Below are positions 63,848 to 64,000 of a stretch of 64,000 nucleotides of DNA, in pieces. This stretch comes from Candidatus Spongiihabitans sp. Its GTDB lineage: Bacteria > Pseudomonadota > Gammaproteobacteria > Arenicellales > Poriferihabitantaceae. Positions within the stretch are counted from its first letter, which is position 1; every line of letters starts with the position of its first letter. The stretch is taken from the NCBI GenBank assembly GCA_965261335.1, contig OZ253450.1:386772-450771 (forward strand), in the 5' to 3' direction. The notes beneath the pieces were generated by a model. It worked only from the letters and a program-made list of their open reading frames with translations, was not told the origin of the DNA and did not search any database. A program made the translations under genes and the position numbers.

Positions 63848-63977
63848 GGTTTAATTCTCGACAACTTCAAATAATCAAATAAATAATAGACGGCATTGCC
63901 AATTACACGGTCAACCACCTAATCCAAACAAAAAACACCGCTGTTGCGCTACCCCCATCATCCACCGAGTACCAAAC

Positions 63978-64000
63978 TGGAGCCCACAACCGGATTTGAA
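63978..64000 (-). tRNA. Partial tRNA, 3' end only (identity undetermined)
   Basis: The reverse complement of the window end reads TTCAAATCCGGTTGTGGGCTCCA. This is a T-loop/T-stem, a 7-nt acceptor strand, discriminator T and CCA. tRNA genes upstream of tufB are the usual arrangement. The anticodon is outside the window. Confidence 0.5.

Overview
This window looks like a gammaproteobacterial-type chromosome segment, moderately AT-rich; the exact taxon cannot be determined from the sequence alone. It has three parts.

(1) 1-14126, minus strand. This is one uninterrupted ORF of at least 4708 codons. It is absent from the supplied ORF track because it has a start (ATG at 14126) but no stop inside the window. 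It encodes a giant, highly repetitive surface/adhesin-like protein with a signal peptide. The protein has eight iterated super-modules, each a [12 protein letters not shown] beta-sandwich plus DUF285/26-residue surface repeats plus cadherin-like or He_PIG-like Ig domains. These are followed by Ig-like domains and cysteine-capped LRR blocks. Modules 1-2 and 7-8 form a ~2.2-kb near-identical internal duplication.

(2) 14127-15054. This divergent intergenic region holds a nested tandem array of seven essentially identical 68-bp cores. Each core carries an 8-bp-stem/GGAA-loop hairpin reminiscent of Neisseria dRS3. The cores are separated by (ATTGAAA)n tracts with n = 2,4,3,7,1,4,3. This array upstream of the giant adhesin-like gene is the most unusual thing in the window.

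(3) 15-64 kb, housekeeping genes.
- Plus strand: class-III aminotransferase, a 306-aa hypothetical, galE, pgi, glyQS, a MazG-like gene, gmhB, plsC, tRNA-Leu and bactofilin.
- Minus strand: glmM, ftsH and rlmE, then the canonical block tRNA(partial)-tuf-tRNA-Trp-secE-nusG-rplKAJL-rpoBC-rpsLG-fusA-tuf-S10/spc/alpha operons.

Smaller oddities:
- an apparent frameshift in essential rpsD
- a decayed retropepsin-like protease plus small-ORF cassette between rlmE and rplQ
- an IS1380-like transposase remnant between plsC and tRNA-Leu
- two tuf copies identical except for the last 9 nt
- an unusually long, structured rpsL-rpsG spacer

All calls come from hand translation and motif recognition. No database search was possible.
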